Under the pieces are notes generated by a model. The model did not search any database. It had not been told where the DNA came from and worked only from the letters and a program-made list of their open reading frames with translations. Positions 9,309 to 17,861 of a DNA stretch of 64,000 nucleotides are shown here, piece by piece (position 1 is the first letter of the stretch; the number at the start of each line of letters is the position of its first letter). Source of the stretch: Clostridiales bacterium UBA1206 (lineage in GTDB: Bacteria; Bacillota; Clostridia; Oscillospirales; CAG-382); NCBI GenBank assembly GCA_002310055.1, contig DBXS01000031.1, forward strand, positions 93,572 through 157,571, given 5' to 3'. A program made the translations under genes and the position numbers.

Positions 9309-10205
9309 ATGACATTAGTCGTTCTTGCCGCCGGGCTGGGCAGCCGATACGGCGGCGAAAGCAAAAAGCAAATAGATATCATAGGCGAAAACGGCGAGAT
9401 TCTGATGGATTATTCCATTTATGACGCCATCCGCGCGGGGTTCGACCACATAGTGCTGCTCATCAAACGCAAGCACGCCGATATTTTCCGTGAAAAAGTC
9501 TGCGCCAAGTTCGAAGGCAAGGTCAAGGTCGACCTGGCGTTTCAGGACGACGACGCGTTCTGCGGTGAGTTCAGGATGCCCGAGGAGCGCAAAAAGCCCT
9601 GGGGCACCGGGCACGCGCTGCTCTGTTGCCGCGACGTGGTGGGGAACGATAACTTCGCCGTCGTCAACGCCGACGACTTTTACGGCTACAACGCGTACCG
9701 TTTGGGATATGAGCATCTTTCGCACGCAAAAAAAGGCGAATACGCGATGATAGGCTATCTGGTGCGCAACACCGTCACCGACGAAGGCGGCGTCTCGCGC
9801 GGGGTGTGCGTGGTGAGTCCCGACGGATATCTGAAGCACATAACCGAAACGCACGAGATCACCAAAGGCCCGGACTGCATCTACTACCCCACTCCGGCGG
9901 GCAATATCAAGCTGGAGCCCGATACCGTGGTCTCGATGAACTTCTTCTGTTTTACGCCCGATTTCTTCGACGTGCTGGAACGCGGTTTCCACGAATTTTT
10001 GAAAGAAAATTCGCCGAACCTGAACAAGTGTGAATTCTACATTCCGCTCGCGGTGCAGATGTTCGTCGACGAAGGCGGCAGGCTGCGCGTGTATTCCACG
10101 CCCGACAAATGGTTCGGCGTGACGTATATCACCGACAAGCCCGTGGTCATCGAAGGCATAGCGGGTCTGACCGACGCCGGCCTGTATCCCCGCAAGCTGT
10201 GGTAA
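9309..10205 (+). CDS. sugar-phosphate nucleotidyltransferase family protein
   Basis: 298 aa with the N-terminal 'LVVLAAGLGSRYGG' nucleotide-binding loop and 'WGTGHALL', 'VVNADDFYG'. The SD is AAGGAG. Confidence 0.8.
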   Translation: MTLVVLAAGLGSRYGGESKKQIDIIGENGEILMDYSIYDAIRAGFDHIVLLIKRKHADIFREKVCAKFEGKVKVDLAFQDDDAFCGEFRMPEERKKPWGTGHALLCCRDVVGNDNFAVVNADDFYGYNAYRLGYEHLSHAKKGEYAMIGYLVRNTVTDEGGVSRGVCVVSPDGYLKHITETHEITKGPDCIYYPTPAGNIKLEPDTVVSMNFFCFTPDFFDVLERGFHEFLKENSPNLNKCEFYIPLAVQMFVDEGGRLRVYSTPDKWFGVTYITDKPVVIEGIAGLTDAGLYPRKLW

Positions 10206-10221
10206 AAACGTAAAACAAAAG

Positions 10222-10247
10222 CGCCCTCTTTGCGCAGACAAAGAGGG
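10222..10247. terminator. bidirectional intrinsic terminator
   Basis: A 10-bp stem gccctctttg / caaagagggc with loop cgcaga. 'gtgctttta' follows downstream and an A-rich tract lies upstream, between convergent genes. Confidence 0.65.
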
Positions 10248-10265
10248 CGTGCTTTTATGTGTATC

Positions 10266-11063
10266 TCACGTGCAGAAAAGCATAAACACCAGCGCGTCGT
10301 ACCAGTCGGTGCATTCAAAGCGAACGGTGTAGGGGTCGGCGAGCTTTGCTCCCGGGAAGTATGCGTAATTGTGGGCGCTTTCCTGTTTTTTGTACTGGAC
10401 GTCAACCGTAAAGCGTTCGGGGAGGCGGGGCAGGCAGGAGAGCGGATATTTTAAAAGCGCTTCTTTGGCCGCGTTGTAGATGAGGTCGCACGCGATCGCG
10501 GGGAGCGGAGCGCGGGTGGCTCCGCCGGCGCCGAAGCACACGGGGACCGCGGTGATGGCGGGAATGAGCTTTTTGGCGAGCGAGCAGAGGTGTTCGTCGC
10601 CGGTGACGAGCACGGTCGGCACGCCGTTATACGCGCAGGAATACGCGTTGATCATAAATTCGCTGGCGAATTCGCCGTTGATCTTTATGAATTGCAGCGA
10701 CGTGGACATAGTGTGCGCGAGCGGGCTGCCGGAAGAAAACGCGGGCGAATGGTAGCCGGTGAACGCCGCGGCGGTGAACGTTTTGTCGATGCCGCTCACC
10801 ATAACGTACGGGTCGCCGGTCCAGTTGCGGATTATCTCCACGCCTTCCGTTTGAGTAAGTTTGTCGGGATACAGATTTACGGCGTAGTCGTGCGCGTCTT
10901 TTATCAAGACGTTATCGAAGCCGCTTTCCTTTGCGGCGCGGCAGACGGAATCGACTTCTTTGGTCATCTGCGTGCGGAAATATGAGTCTTCGAGATCGGT
11001 CTCTTTCCAGCGGGCGATGCCGCAGGTGCCTTCGATATCGGCGGAAATGAACAGTTTTTTCAT
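10266..11063 (-). CDS. M55 family metallopeptidase (DppA-type D-aminopeptidase)
   Basis: 265 aa. 'MKKLFISADIEGTCGI', 'LIKDAHD' and 'GYHSPA' match the Peptidase_M55 signature. Its start overlaps the upstream gene's stop (ATGA). Confidence 0.85.
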   Translation of the reverse strand: MKKLFISADIEGTCGIARWKETDLEDSYFRTQMTKEVDSVCRAAKESGFDNVLIKDAHDYAVNLYPDKLTQTEGVEIIRNWTGDPYVMVSGIDKTFTAAAFTGYHSPAFSSGSPLAHTMSTSLQFIKINGEFASEFMINAYSCAYNGVPTVLVTGDEHLCSLAKKLIPAITAVPVCFGAGGATRAPLPAIACDLIYNAAKEALLKYPLSCLPRLPERFTVDVQYKKQESAHNYAYFPGAKLADPYTVRFECTDWYDALVFMLFCT

Positions 11064-11683
11064 TTTATGTATCCTTTGACGTTATAGTATTCTTCGACTT
11101 TTTGCAAAAAGAGGTTGTAAAGCGTGCCGTTTTCGCGGCTGAAAGTCTTTGTTTCGAAATCGTATCTCATCTGCTGCGGGCAGTTTTTCTTTTCCGGGGC
11201 GAAATCGTAATGCTGTTTCACCGCGGAAAGGTCCAGGTCGTAAAGCTTCAGCAGCGCCGCCGTGAGCACCGCGGCGTTATCCAGCGCCGCGAGAAAACGA
11301 GGTTCCCACGCTTCGTAAGCTTCGCCTTCGTAGACTCCGGGAAATCCGTTGACGCAGATCTCTATGCCTATGCCGTAGTAATTCCCCTGCCCGAAGCTGG
11401 TGTCGCCGGCATGCCACGCCGATTCGTGGACCGGGATATGTTCGCAGATAAGTTTGTCGTCCACCGTGAAATGCCAGGACGCCTCGCGCGGGGTCGGCGA
11501 CGCCGCCTGGCCGTGGATATAGCCGTTGTGCCACGCCGCGTCGCAGCGTTCGTCGTAGTTGCCGGTGTTATGTATGACGACGTACTTCTTGGTCTCGGGC
11601 ACGTGGCCGGGACGGATATGCGAATCCGCCGGGATGTGATCTATGACGAAGGGGACGTGTTTTGCGAGCTTTAGCTGACGCAT
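11060..11683 (-). CDS. N-acetylmuramoyl-L-alanine amidase (amidase_2/PGRP fold), no signal peptide
   Basis: 207 aa. 'YVVIHNTGN', 'SWHFTVDD' and 'ESAWHAGD' are amidase_2 zinc/catalytic blocks. There is no N-terminal hydrophobic segment. Confidence 0.8.
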   Translation of the reverse strand: MRQLKLAKHVPFVIDHIPADSHIRPGHVPETKKYVVIHNTGNYDERCDAAWHNGYIHGQAASPTPREASWHFTVDDKLICEHIPVHESAWHAGDTSFGQGNYYGIGIEICVNGFPGVYEGEAYEAWEPRFLAALDNAAVLTAALLKLYDLDLSAVKQHYDFAPEKKNCPQQMRYDFETKTFSRENGTLYNLFLQKVEEYYNVKGYIK

Positions 11684-11967
11684 AAATTATACACCACCAC
11701 AAATATATTCGCCGCGGCGAGAAAACCGGCAAGCACTATGTAGCGCACGCGTTTGCCCTGCAGTATGGCGCCGGTCCCGCACGCGAGCGCGACGACGACG
11801 AAAGCGAGGCAGGCGTAAAGCACGGTGCCGGTCCGCTGCGGTTCGCTGCCGTCGAACGTGATGCTGGTGCGGATGGTCGGCGGAAGCAGGAACACGGATA
11901 CGATATTCAGTATAAGCGTGAACGCCGCGATCGCGGCGAAGATGATAAGATACGTTTTATTCTTCAT
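11671..11967 (-). CDS. small integral membrane protein (3 predicted TM segments)
   Basis: 98 aa and strongly hydrophobic. It overlaps both neighbouring genes (11 and 13 nt), consistent with co-translation in an operon. Confidence 0.6.
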   Translation of the reverse strand: MKNKTYLIIFAAIAAFTLILNIVSVFLLPPTIRTSITFDGSEPQRTGTVLYACLAFVVVALACGTGAILQGKRVRYIVLAGFLAAANIFVVVYNLCVS

Positions 11968-13963
11968 CGTTTACGAGCAGAGTCCACGAGCACGAGTTTT
12001 CCCAGTGCGTACCCGAAGCGACCTTGGTGTATTTGCTTGAATCGAATTTGGTGAAATACAGTTTGTTTTCGTTGGTGTTCATATCCCAGTACATAAGCTT
12101 GTTAGCGTTCCTGAACCCGTCGACCGAGTCGTTTTTGGTGTAGACCTGGATGAGGAACGAATACTGGGTGTCCTTGTAGCCGTAGATATGCGCGGCGGAG
12201 GCGGGAAGGTTGCCGTAGAACGGTCCGGAATAATCGGCCGCGCCGACTTTGAGCGACGCCGCTTTTGCGGTGGTGCCGTCGTCGTTGAGGAAATCTATGT
12301 ACAGCCCGTGAGTCTTGGGCACGGGGAACATGCACGAATACGAAAGCTGATACCAGCAATCCTTGACGAAATCGTAGGTGACATCGAGGAAGATATCCCT
12401 GCCCACGACGGTGTAGGTGCGCACCACGTTGGCGTAGTAGTTACTGACGTCGCCCCAGTTGAGCGTGGTCTGCTCCTGCATAACGAAACGCTCGAAGGTG
12501 TGCGAAGCGCCCACCGCGGAAAGATCGATTTCTTCACCGGTGGTGCCTTCAAAGAATTTGAGGCTGACGAGCGATTCGTTGCCGTGGTTGCCGCCCGACC
12601 ACACCACGCTTGCGGAAGACGAGGGAGCGGCGCGGTAGACGTATTCCCAGTCGGTGCCGCCGCCGGCAAGCCGTAATCCGCCGATGCTCCAGGTGCCTAT
12701 GTTCCAGGTGCCCCAGTCCTTTTTGTCGAAGGTGAGCGTTATGTTCTTGCCGGTAGAGTCGGCGGTGGTGAGCGTGTAAAGGATATTGCTCGTGTGCTTG
12801 ACTGTCGCCTGTGCAGTCTGCGGGACCGAGTCCGCCACGAGGGCGTAGTTTTCGGGGAACAGCACGTGTCTGAGCAGATGTATGGCGTCGTTGGAATCGA
12901 TTTTGCCGTTGCCGTTAAAATCCGCCAAGCCTTCGATGGAATACGATTCGGGGAACAGCACGTACCGAAGCAGGCGTATGGCGTCGTCGGAATTGACGAC
13001 TCCGTCGGAATTGAAGTCGCCGGTGATGAGGATGTCGTAGCTTACGGCCGCGGTCTTATCGGAAAACTGGACGAGTTTGTATCCGTTCGCAAGCGCGCCG
13101 GCGGTGACTTCCCTGCCGCTTGCGTCGAGCACCTGCACGCCCGCCATATTCACAAGCTCGCGGCAGAGAGACGCGGGGGTGTCGCCGGCGACGACGCCCA
13201 ATACTTTGCCGTCTTCTAAGCTGAAGCGGCTGCCGGCGCGGAATTCGAGCGGCCATTCTTCGGTATCAAGCACGCCGGTCTCGATTATACCGGTCTGTTC
13301 GGTTTCGGAGCTTTCTTCTTCATAAGACTCTTCTTCGCTCAATTCTGATTCCTCCACTTGGACCGTTTTTGAATCGTATACTTCGATCTCGCTGCAGAAC
13401 ATAAACACGCCCGAAAGCGGCCTGCCCACGAGCATCTTGACGTAACGCGCGCTGACGGGTTCGCTGAGCTTGCAGACGAAATCGCAGATATTGCCTCCCT
13501 TGGCGCGGGCGGAGACGGGTTCGGTATATGTAACGCCGTCTGTCGAAACGCAGAATTTGAGGTACGACGGGGCGTCGATGCCGCTGGTTGAGTAATTGAT
13601 CATTTCGGCGCGGAATTCGATGAGGCCTTCGGTGACGGAGCCGAGGTCGATGACGACCTGACCTTCGCCGTTGGTTTCGGTATACTTGCGGTAATCGAAC
13701 GCGTGCCAGCAGGTGGCGTAAAGGTCGGAGCCCGAAAACCTGACGCCGTCGGTGAGTTCATGACCGTCGATATCCTGATATCCCATTCCCGGCGGATTAG
13801 TGGTGAACGGCTCGGAAGCGACGTAGGTCTTGCCGAGCGCCACGTTCCGGTCCGCGACGTAGACCGTGACGAGATCGGCGGCGACGACCGAGCAGAACAG
13901 CGGGACGAGCAGCGCCGCCGCTATGACGTAAACCAATAGTTTGAAGCGTTTCATGATCTTCAC
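11957..13963 (-). CDS. secreted protein with an N-terminal F5/8-type-C (CBM32-like) module, an internal dockerin and an unknown C-terminal domain
   Basis: Signal peptide 'MKIMKRFKLLVYVIAAALLVPLF'. Discoidin-like 'ELTDG...YVKMLV...CSEIEVYD'. Two dockerin F-hand repeats 'GDFNSDGVVNSDDAIRLLRYVLFPE' and 'ADFNGNGKIDSNDAIHLLRHVLFPE'. SD AAGGAG. Confidence 0.8.
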   Translation of the reverse strand: MKIMKRFKLLVYVIAAALLVPLFCSVVAADLVTVYVADRNVALGKTYVASEPFTTNPPGMGYQDIDGHELTDGVRFSGSDLYATCWHAFDYRKYTETNGEGQVVIDLGSVTEGLIEFRAEMINYSTSGIDAPSYLKFCVSTDGVTYTEPVSARAKGGNICDFVCKLSEPVSARYVKMLVGRPLSGVFMFCSEIEVYDSKTVQVEESELSEEESYEEESSETEQTGIIETGVLDTEEWPLEFRAGSRFSLEDGKVLGVVAGDTPASLCRELVNMAGVQVLDASGREVTAGALANGYKLVQFSDKTAAVSYDILITGDFNSDGVVNSDDAIRLLRYVLFPESYSIEGLADFNGNGKIDSNDAIHLLRHVLFPENYALVADSVPQTAQATVKHTSNILYTLTTADSTGKNITLTFDKKDWGTWNIGTWSIGGLRLAGGGTDWEYVYRAAPSSSASVVWSGGNHGNESLVSLKFFEGTTGEEIDLSAVGASHTFERFVMQEQTTLNWGDVSNYYANVVRTYTVVGRDIFLDVTYDFVKDCWYQLSYSCMFPVPKTHGLYIDFLNDDGTTAKAASLKVGAADYSGPFYGNLPASAAHIYGYKDTQYSFLIQVYTKNDSVDGFRNANKLMYWDMNTNENKLYFTKFDSSKYTKVASGTHWENSCSWTLLVNDEE

Positions 13964-14242
13964 TCCTTTTTATGTATGCAGCAGGCGCACGCCTGCTTTT
14001 GCGGCCATTGCTAAACCGTGCCGGAATATTCCGTACCCGGAAAACGACCGCTGTTTTCGGGGTAGGAAGACGTGTCCGCGGAATAGTCGGGGACTTGCTG
14101 CGGCGCGCTTTCCGCGCGCGAGCGCGTAAGCGAAAACCCTTATTTGCATAAATTACTCCTTATTTTTGCGGAATATCTATGCTTCATCGTGTTCATTATA
14201 ACACATTTTATACGTCTTTACAAGATTATTTGCGTTTTTATC

Positions 14243-14270
14243 TTGACTTTTTGCACCGATATGATAAAAT
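14243..14270 (+). promoter_or_regulatory. sigma-70 type promoter (extended -10) for the GH27 gene
   Basis: TTGACT (14243-14248), a 16-nt spacer, then TGaTAAAAT (14263-14270), 40 nt upstream of the ATG at 14310. Confidence 0.55.
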
Positions 14271-14309
14271 ATTTCCGTAACCGAAAAACATATTGACGGA
14301 GGAAGTATC

Positions 14310-15437
14310 ATGATAGTCAGAACGCCCCCTATGGGATGGAATTCCTGGAACACTTTCGGACCCAATATCAACGAGGAACTCATCAAGACCACCGCCGACG
14401 CGATGGTGGAAAACGGCTTGCCGGAAGCCGGCTACAATTATCTGGTCATAGACGACTGCTGGGCGGAACTCAAGCGCGACGAAAATCACCGTCTCGTTCC
14501 CAGCAAAGAGAAATTCCCCAACGGAATGAAAGCCGTCGCCGATTACGTCCATTCGAAAGGGCTCAAATTCGGTATGTATTCCTGCTCCGGCACGATGACC
14601 TGCGCGGGATACCCTTCGTCTTTCCAGTATGAATTCATCGACGCCAAGACTTTTGCCGAATGGGGCGTTGACTTTTTGAAATACGACTACTGTTTCAAGC
14701 CCGCCAGCGTGAACGGCGACCTGCTTTACAAGCGTATGGGCATGGCGCTCGCCAACTGCGGCAGAGACATTCTGTTTTCGGCGTGCAGCTGGGGCGCCGA
14801 CGGGACTCACGAATGGATCAAGACCACCGGCGCGCATATGTGGCGTTCGACCGGCGACATAAACGACAGCTGGCAGAGCATAAAAGACCTTTACAACGTT
14901 CAAGTGAAACTTCAGCCGTACAACGGCAAGGGCTGTTTCAACGATATGGATATGCTCGTCGTCGGTATGAACGGAAAAGGCAATGTGGGCGTCAAGGGCT
15001 GCACCACCGAAGAATACCGCACGCATTTTTCGATCTGGGCGTTCTTCAATTCGCCGCTGATGATCGGCTGCGACGTGAGGAATATGACTCCCGAAGCCAA
15101 AGAGATACTGACCAAAAAAGAGATCATCGCCATAAACCAGGATCCCGCGCAGCGCCAGCCGTTCAAGATCTGCGAATACTGGGGCAACACCGCCTGGTGC
15201 AAACAGCTCGAAGGCGGCGATCTCGCCGTACTGGTACTGAACTTAGAAGAACACGACATCACCCCGTTCTTTATATTCTCGGATCTGGGGCTCGACCGTT
15301 CGTGCGCGGTGAAGCTGGAGATGACCGATCTGTGGACCGGCGAAACTCTGGGCGTTTTCAGAGATCAGTTCAAAGCCAAACAACCGCTGAAACCGCACGA
15401 ATGCCTTATGCTGAGGTGCAGGCTGATAGATGAATGA
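14310..15437 (+). CDS. alpha-galactosidase, glycoside hydrolase family 27
   Basis: 375 aa. 'TPPMGWNSWNTF', 'YNYLVIDDCW' and 'KFGMYS...DFLKYDYC' are GH27 catalytic-domain blocks. No signal peptide. Confidence 0.9.
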   Translation: MIVRTPPMGWNSWNTFGPNINEELIKTTADAMVENGLPEAGYNYLVIDDCWAELKRDENHRLVPSKEKFPNGMKAVADYVHSKGLKFGMYSCSGTMTCAGYPSSFQYEFIDAKTFAEWGVDFLKYDYCFKPASVNGDLLYKRMGMALANCGRDILFSACSWGADGTHEWIKTTGAHMWRSTGDINDSWQSIKDLYNVQVKLQPYNGKGCFNDMDMLVVGMNGKGNVGVKGCTTEEYRTHFSIWAFFNSPLMIGCDVRNMTPEAKEILTKKEIIAINQDPAQRQPFKICEYWGNTAWCKQLEGGDLAVLVLNLEEHDITPFFIFSDLGLDRSCAVKLEMTDLWTGETLGVFRDQFKAKQPLKPHECLMLRCRLIDE

Positions 15438-15624
15438 GACCTGCGTGAAATGCGGCGCCGTTCTGGACAAGGACGATATAGGCGCGCATAAAAAGCTGGT
15501 AAACCGCGGCGCGCAGAGCTTTATGTGCGTAAAATGCCTGGCGCGTCACTTTGACGTTCCGGAACAGAAGATACGCGAAAAGATAGAAGAATTCCGCGCT
15601 CAAGGGTGCCTGCTTTTCAAGTGA
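15430..15624 (+). CDS. small zinc-ribbon protein (64 aa), translationally coupled to the GH27 gene
   Basis: Two CxxC pairs ('CVKCGAVL' and 'CVKCLARH'). The start ATG overlaps the GH27 stop in ATGAATGA. Confidence 0.5.
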   Translation: MNETCVKCGAVLDKDDIGAHKKLVNRGAQSFMCVKCLARHFDVPEQKIREKIEEFRAQGCLLFK

Positions 15625-15679
15625 AGGCGTATAATGATATAAACCGGTATATTTTCCCCTTTTTCGGAGTTGACATCAG

Positions 15680-16534
15680 ATGAACAACAAACACGATTTT
15701 GACACTTTCGTCGCCGAGACCGCGCGCAAGTTGGCGCTTCGCAGCGAAAAGCAGGCGGAGACCATAAACCGTTCGGGGCTGAAATCGCAGGTGGAAACGC
15801 TGATACTGCTTTTGCGCAGTGCGATGTACCCGCGCGTTTTCGGCAGCTGCACGCGCGAGGATAATTATATAAGCGACGATATACGCATAGCGCTGCACCG
15901 CGGCGCGCTGCTTTTGTACGACATTCTGTACGACCTCGATCCCGCAAAAGACGCATACAAAGCGAATTCGACCGTGTGCGATTTCATTTCGGGGCTCGAC
16001 GATATATGCGCGCTCACCGAGACCGACGTCCGCGCCGCCTACGAGGGTGACCCCGCGGCGAGGAGCGAGACCGAGATCATGCTCGCCTACCCCGCGTTCG
16101 AGGCCATAAGCATCTACCGCATAGCCCACCGGCTTTACGTGCTGGGCGCCGAGCTTATTGCCCGTATGATGACCGAATACGCCCACCGTCTCACCGGCAT
16201 CGACATCCACCCCGGCGCCGAGATAGGCGAATACTTCTTTATAGATCACGGCACGGGAGTCGTTATCGGCGAGACCTGCACCATCAAAGACCACGTCAAG
16301 CTTTATCAGGGCGTGACGCTGGGAGCTTTGAGCTTTAAGCTCGACGACAACGGCAATCCCATTAAAGGCATAAAGCGCCATCCCGATATCGGCAGCCACG
16401 TCGTCATATACGCCGGCGCCACGATACTCGGCGGCGACACCGTGATCGGCGACAACACGGTCATAGGCAGTAACGCGTGGATCACCCATTCCGTTCCCGC
16501 CGGAAGCAAAGTATTCTATACAAAACAGGATTGA
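15680..16534 (+). CDS. cysE: serine O-acetyltransferase (long form)
   Basis: 284 aa. 'DPAARSETEIMLAYPAFEAISIYRIAHRLY' and the left-handed beta-helix hexapeptide repeats 'IHPGAEIGEYFFIDHGTGVVIGETCTI' are present. Confidence 0.85.
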   Translation: MNNKHDFDTFVAETARKLALRSEKQAETINRSGLKSQVETLILLLRSAMYPRVFGSCTREDNYISDDIRIALHRGALLLYDILYDLDPAKDAYKANSTVCDFISGLDDICALTETDVRAAYEGDPAARSETEIMLAYPAFEAISIYRIAHRLYVLGAELIARMMTEYAHRLTGIDIHPGAEIGEYFFIDHGTGVVIGETCTIKDHVKLYQGVTLGALSFKLDDNGNPIKGIKRHPDIGSHVVIYAGATILGGDTVIGDNTVIGSNAWITHSVPAGSKVFYTKQD

Positions 16535-16547
16535 CTTAAAAAGAAAG

Positions 16548-16578
16548 ACGGCTTTTGCAAATGATTTGCAAAAGCCGT
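16548..16578. terminator. bidirectional intrinsic terminator
   Basis: A 14-bp stem acggcttttgcaaa / tttgcaaaagccgt with a 3-nt loop, followed by tttgtttt, between convergent genes. Confidence 0.75.
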
Positions 16579-16584
16579 TTTGTT

Positions 16585-16980
16585 TTATATTTTAACTCTG
16601 AATTCGGCGCCGCATTTTGGGCATTTGACGCCGTGTTCACCCTTTATGCGCTGCAGCCGCAGCTGCGCCTTGCAGGTCGGGCATTTCATATAGACGTGAG
16701 TTTTTCTGTCTTTGAAACGGTTCTTTATGCGCACAAAGAACAGTTTTATCTTTTCCCAAACCGAAAGGAACGCTTTGTTTTCACGCAGACGCGTCTGGAT
16801 CCTGCGCGAAAACATCCGGTAGACCGCAAACGCCATTATGACGAGCTGGATTATATATATGACGAGTGAGCGGGCGAAAATGTTGACGAACGAAAGCGCG
16901 ACCGCGGCGATTATGAGCGCCGTGTTGAGCTGATCGGAGCCGTAGCGCCCGTACATAAACTGACGTAAACGGTTAAGCAT
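16585..16980 (-). CDS. membrane protein with a C-terminal zinc ribbon
   Basis: 131 aa with two TM segments, then 'CPTCKAQLRL...CPKCGAEFRV'. The start overlaps the psd stop by 8 nt. Confidence 0.6.
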   Translation of the reverse strand: MLNRLRQFMYGRYGSDQLNTALIIAAVALSFVNIFARSLVIYIIQLVIMAFAVYRMFSRRIQTRLRENKAFLSVWEKIKLFFVRIKNRFKDRKTHVYMKCPTCKAQLRLQRIKGEHGVKCPKCGAEFRVKI

Positions 16981-17860
16981 CGTTTCCCTCCGCGCGCACG
17001 GCGGAGCCGATACGCTCGCCGATATGTACTTCGGTCTCTACGCCTTCCGCGGAATTGCGGACGATATCTTCGTCAAGCACGGCGACGCCCTTGCGGAGCA
17101 TCACCGCCACGGTGGAACCGCCGAATTCAAACATTCCCTTTTCCTCGCCGCGCACGAAAGCGCACGCACCGGAAAGGTTGCTTATCTTCCCCACGAGCAT
17201 GGCGCCGATTTCCGCCTGTATGGCTTTGCCGAAGTTTTCGGTCTGCATAACGGTGTATTCACGGCAGTTTTGCTTATAATAGTTATACCGCTCCAGCGAC
17301 ACGGGCTTGACCGTGTGGAGGACGCCTTTTATATGGATGTTTTCGCCTTTTGTGCCGGAATCGAAATAGCAGTAGCGGTGATAATTATCGACCGTGAGGC
17401 GGAAAACGAGCATATATCCGCCGTTGAATTCGGCGGCCAGTGCGGGATCTTTTAAAAATTCCGCCGTGCTGTACGGCGCGTTCTTGATATAAAAGACGCT
17501 GTCTTCATCGATCGTGTAGACGGTCAGTTTGGAATCGCACGGGGCGACGAGCGCGTCCTTTTCGGCGCAGATATGCAGGTTTTCGGGCTTGAGGCGGCGC
17601 GTGAAAAAGTCGTTGTAGCTTTTGTATTCGCGCTCCTCGTACAGGGACATATCGATACCGTTTTCTTTGACGAACTTTTCGATACGCCGTTTGGAAAAGC
17701 GGGAATTCATATAGCTGCCCACGACTTTTGCGGAAAACGGCTTGTTGACCGCTTTGAGCAGTACGCGCCCGAAAGCGTTGCCGTAAAGGAATTCCAGCGC
17801 TTTGTCGTCCGATTTCGGGACGTATTCCCCGCCGGTCCTGCTCCTGACTGAAGGATCCAT
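16973..17860 (-). CDS. psd: phosphatidylserine decarboxylase proenzyme
   Basis: 295 aa. 'NDFFTRRLKPE', 'DNYHRY' and the self-cleavage 'FEFGGSTV' (G-S-T) motif near the C-terminus are present. Confidence 0.85.
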   Translation of the reverse strand: MDPSVRSRTGGEYVPKSDDKALEFLYGNAFGRVLLKAVNKPFSAKVVGSYMNSRFSKRRIEKFVKENGIDMSLYEEREYKSYNDFFTRRLKPENLHICAEKDALVAPCDSKLTVYTIDEDSVFYIKNAPYSTAEFLKDPALAAEFNGGYMLVFRLTVDNYHRYCYFDSGTKGENIHIKGVLHTVKPVSLERYNYYKQNCREYTVMQTENFGKAIQAEIGAMLVGKISNLSGACAFVRGEEKGMFEFGGSTVAVMLRKGVAVLDEDIVRNSAEGVETEVHIGERIGSAVRAEGNDA

Positions 17861-17861
17861 T

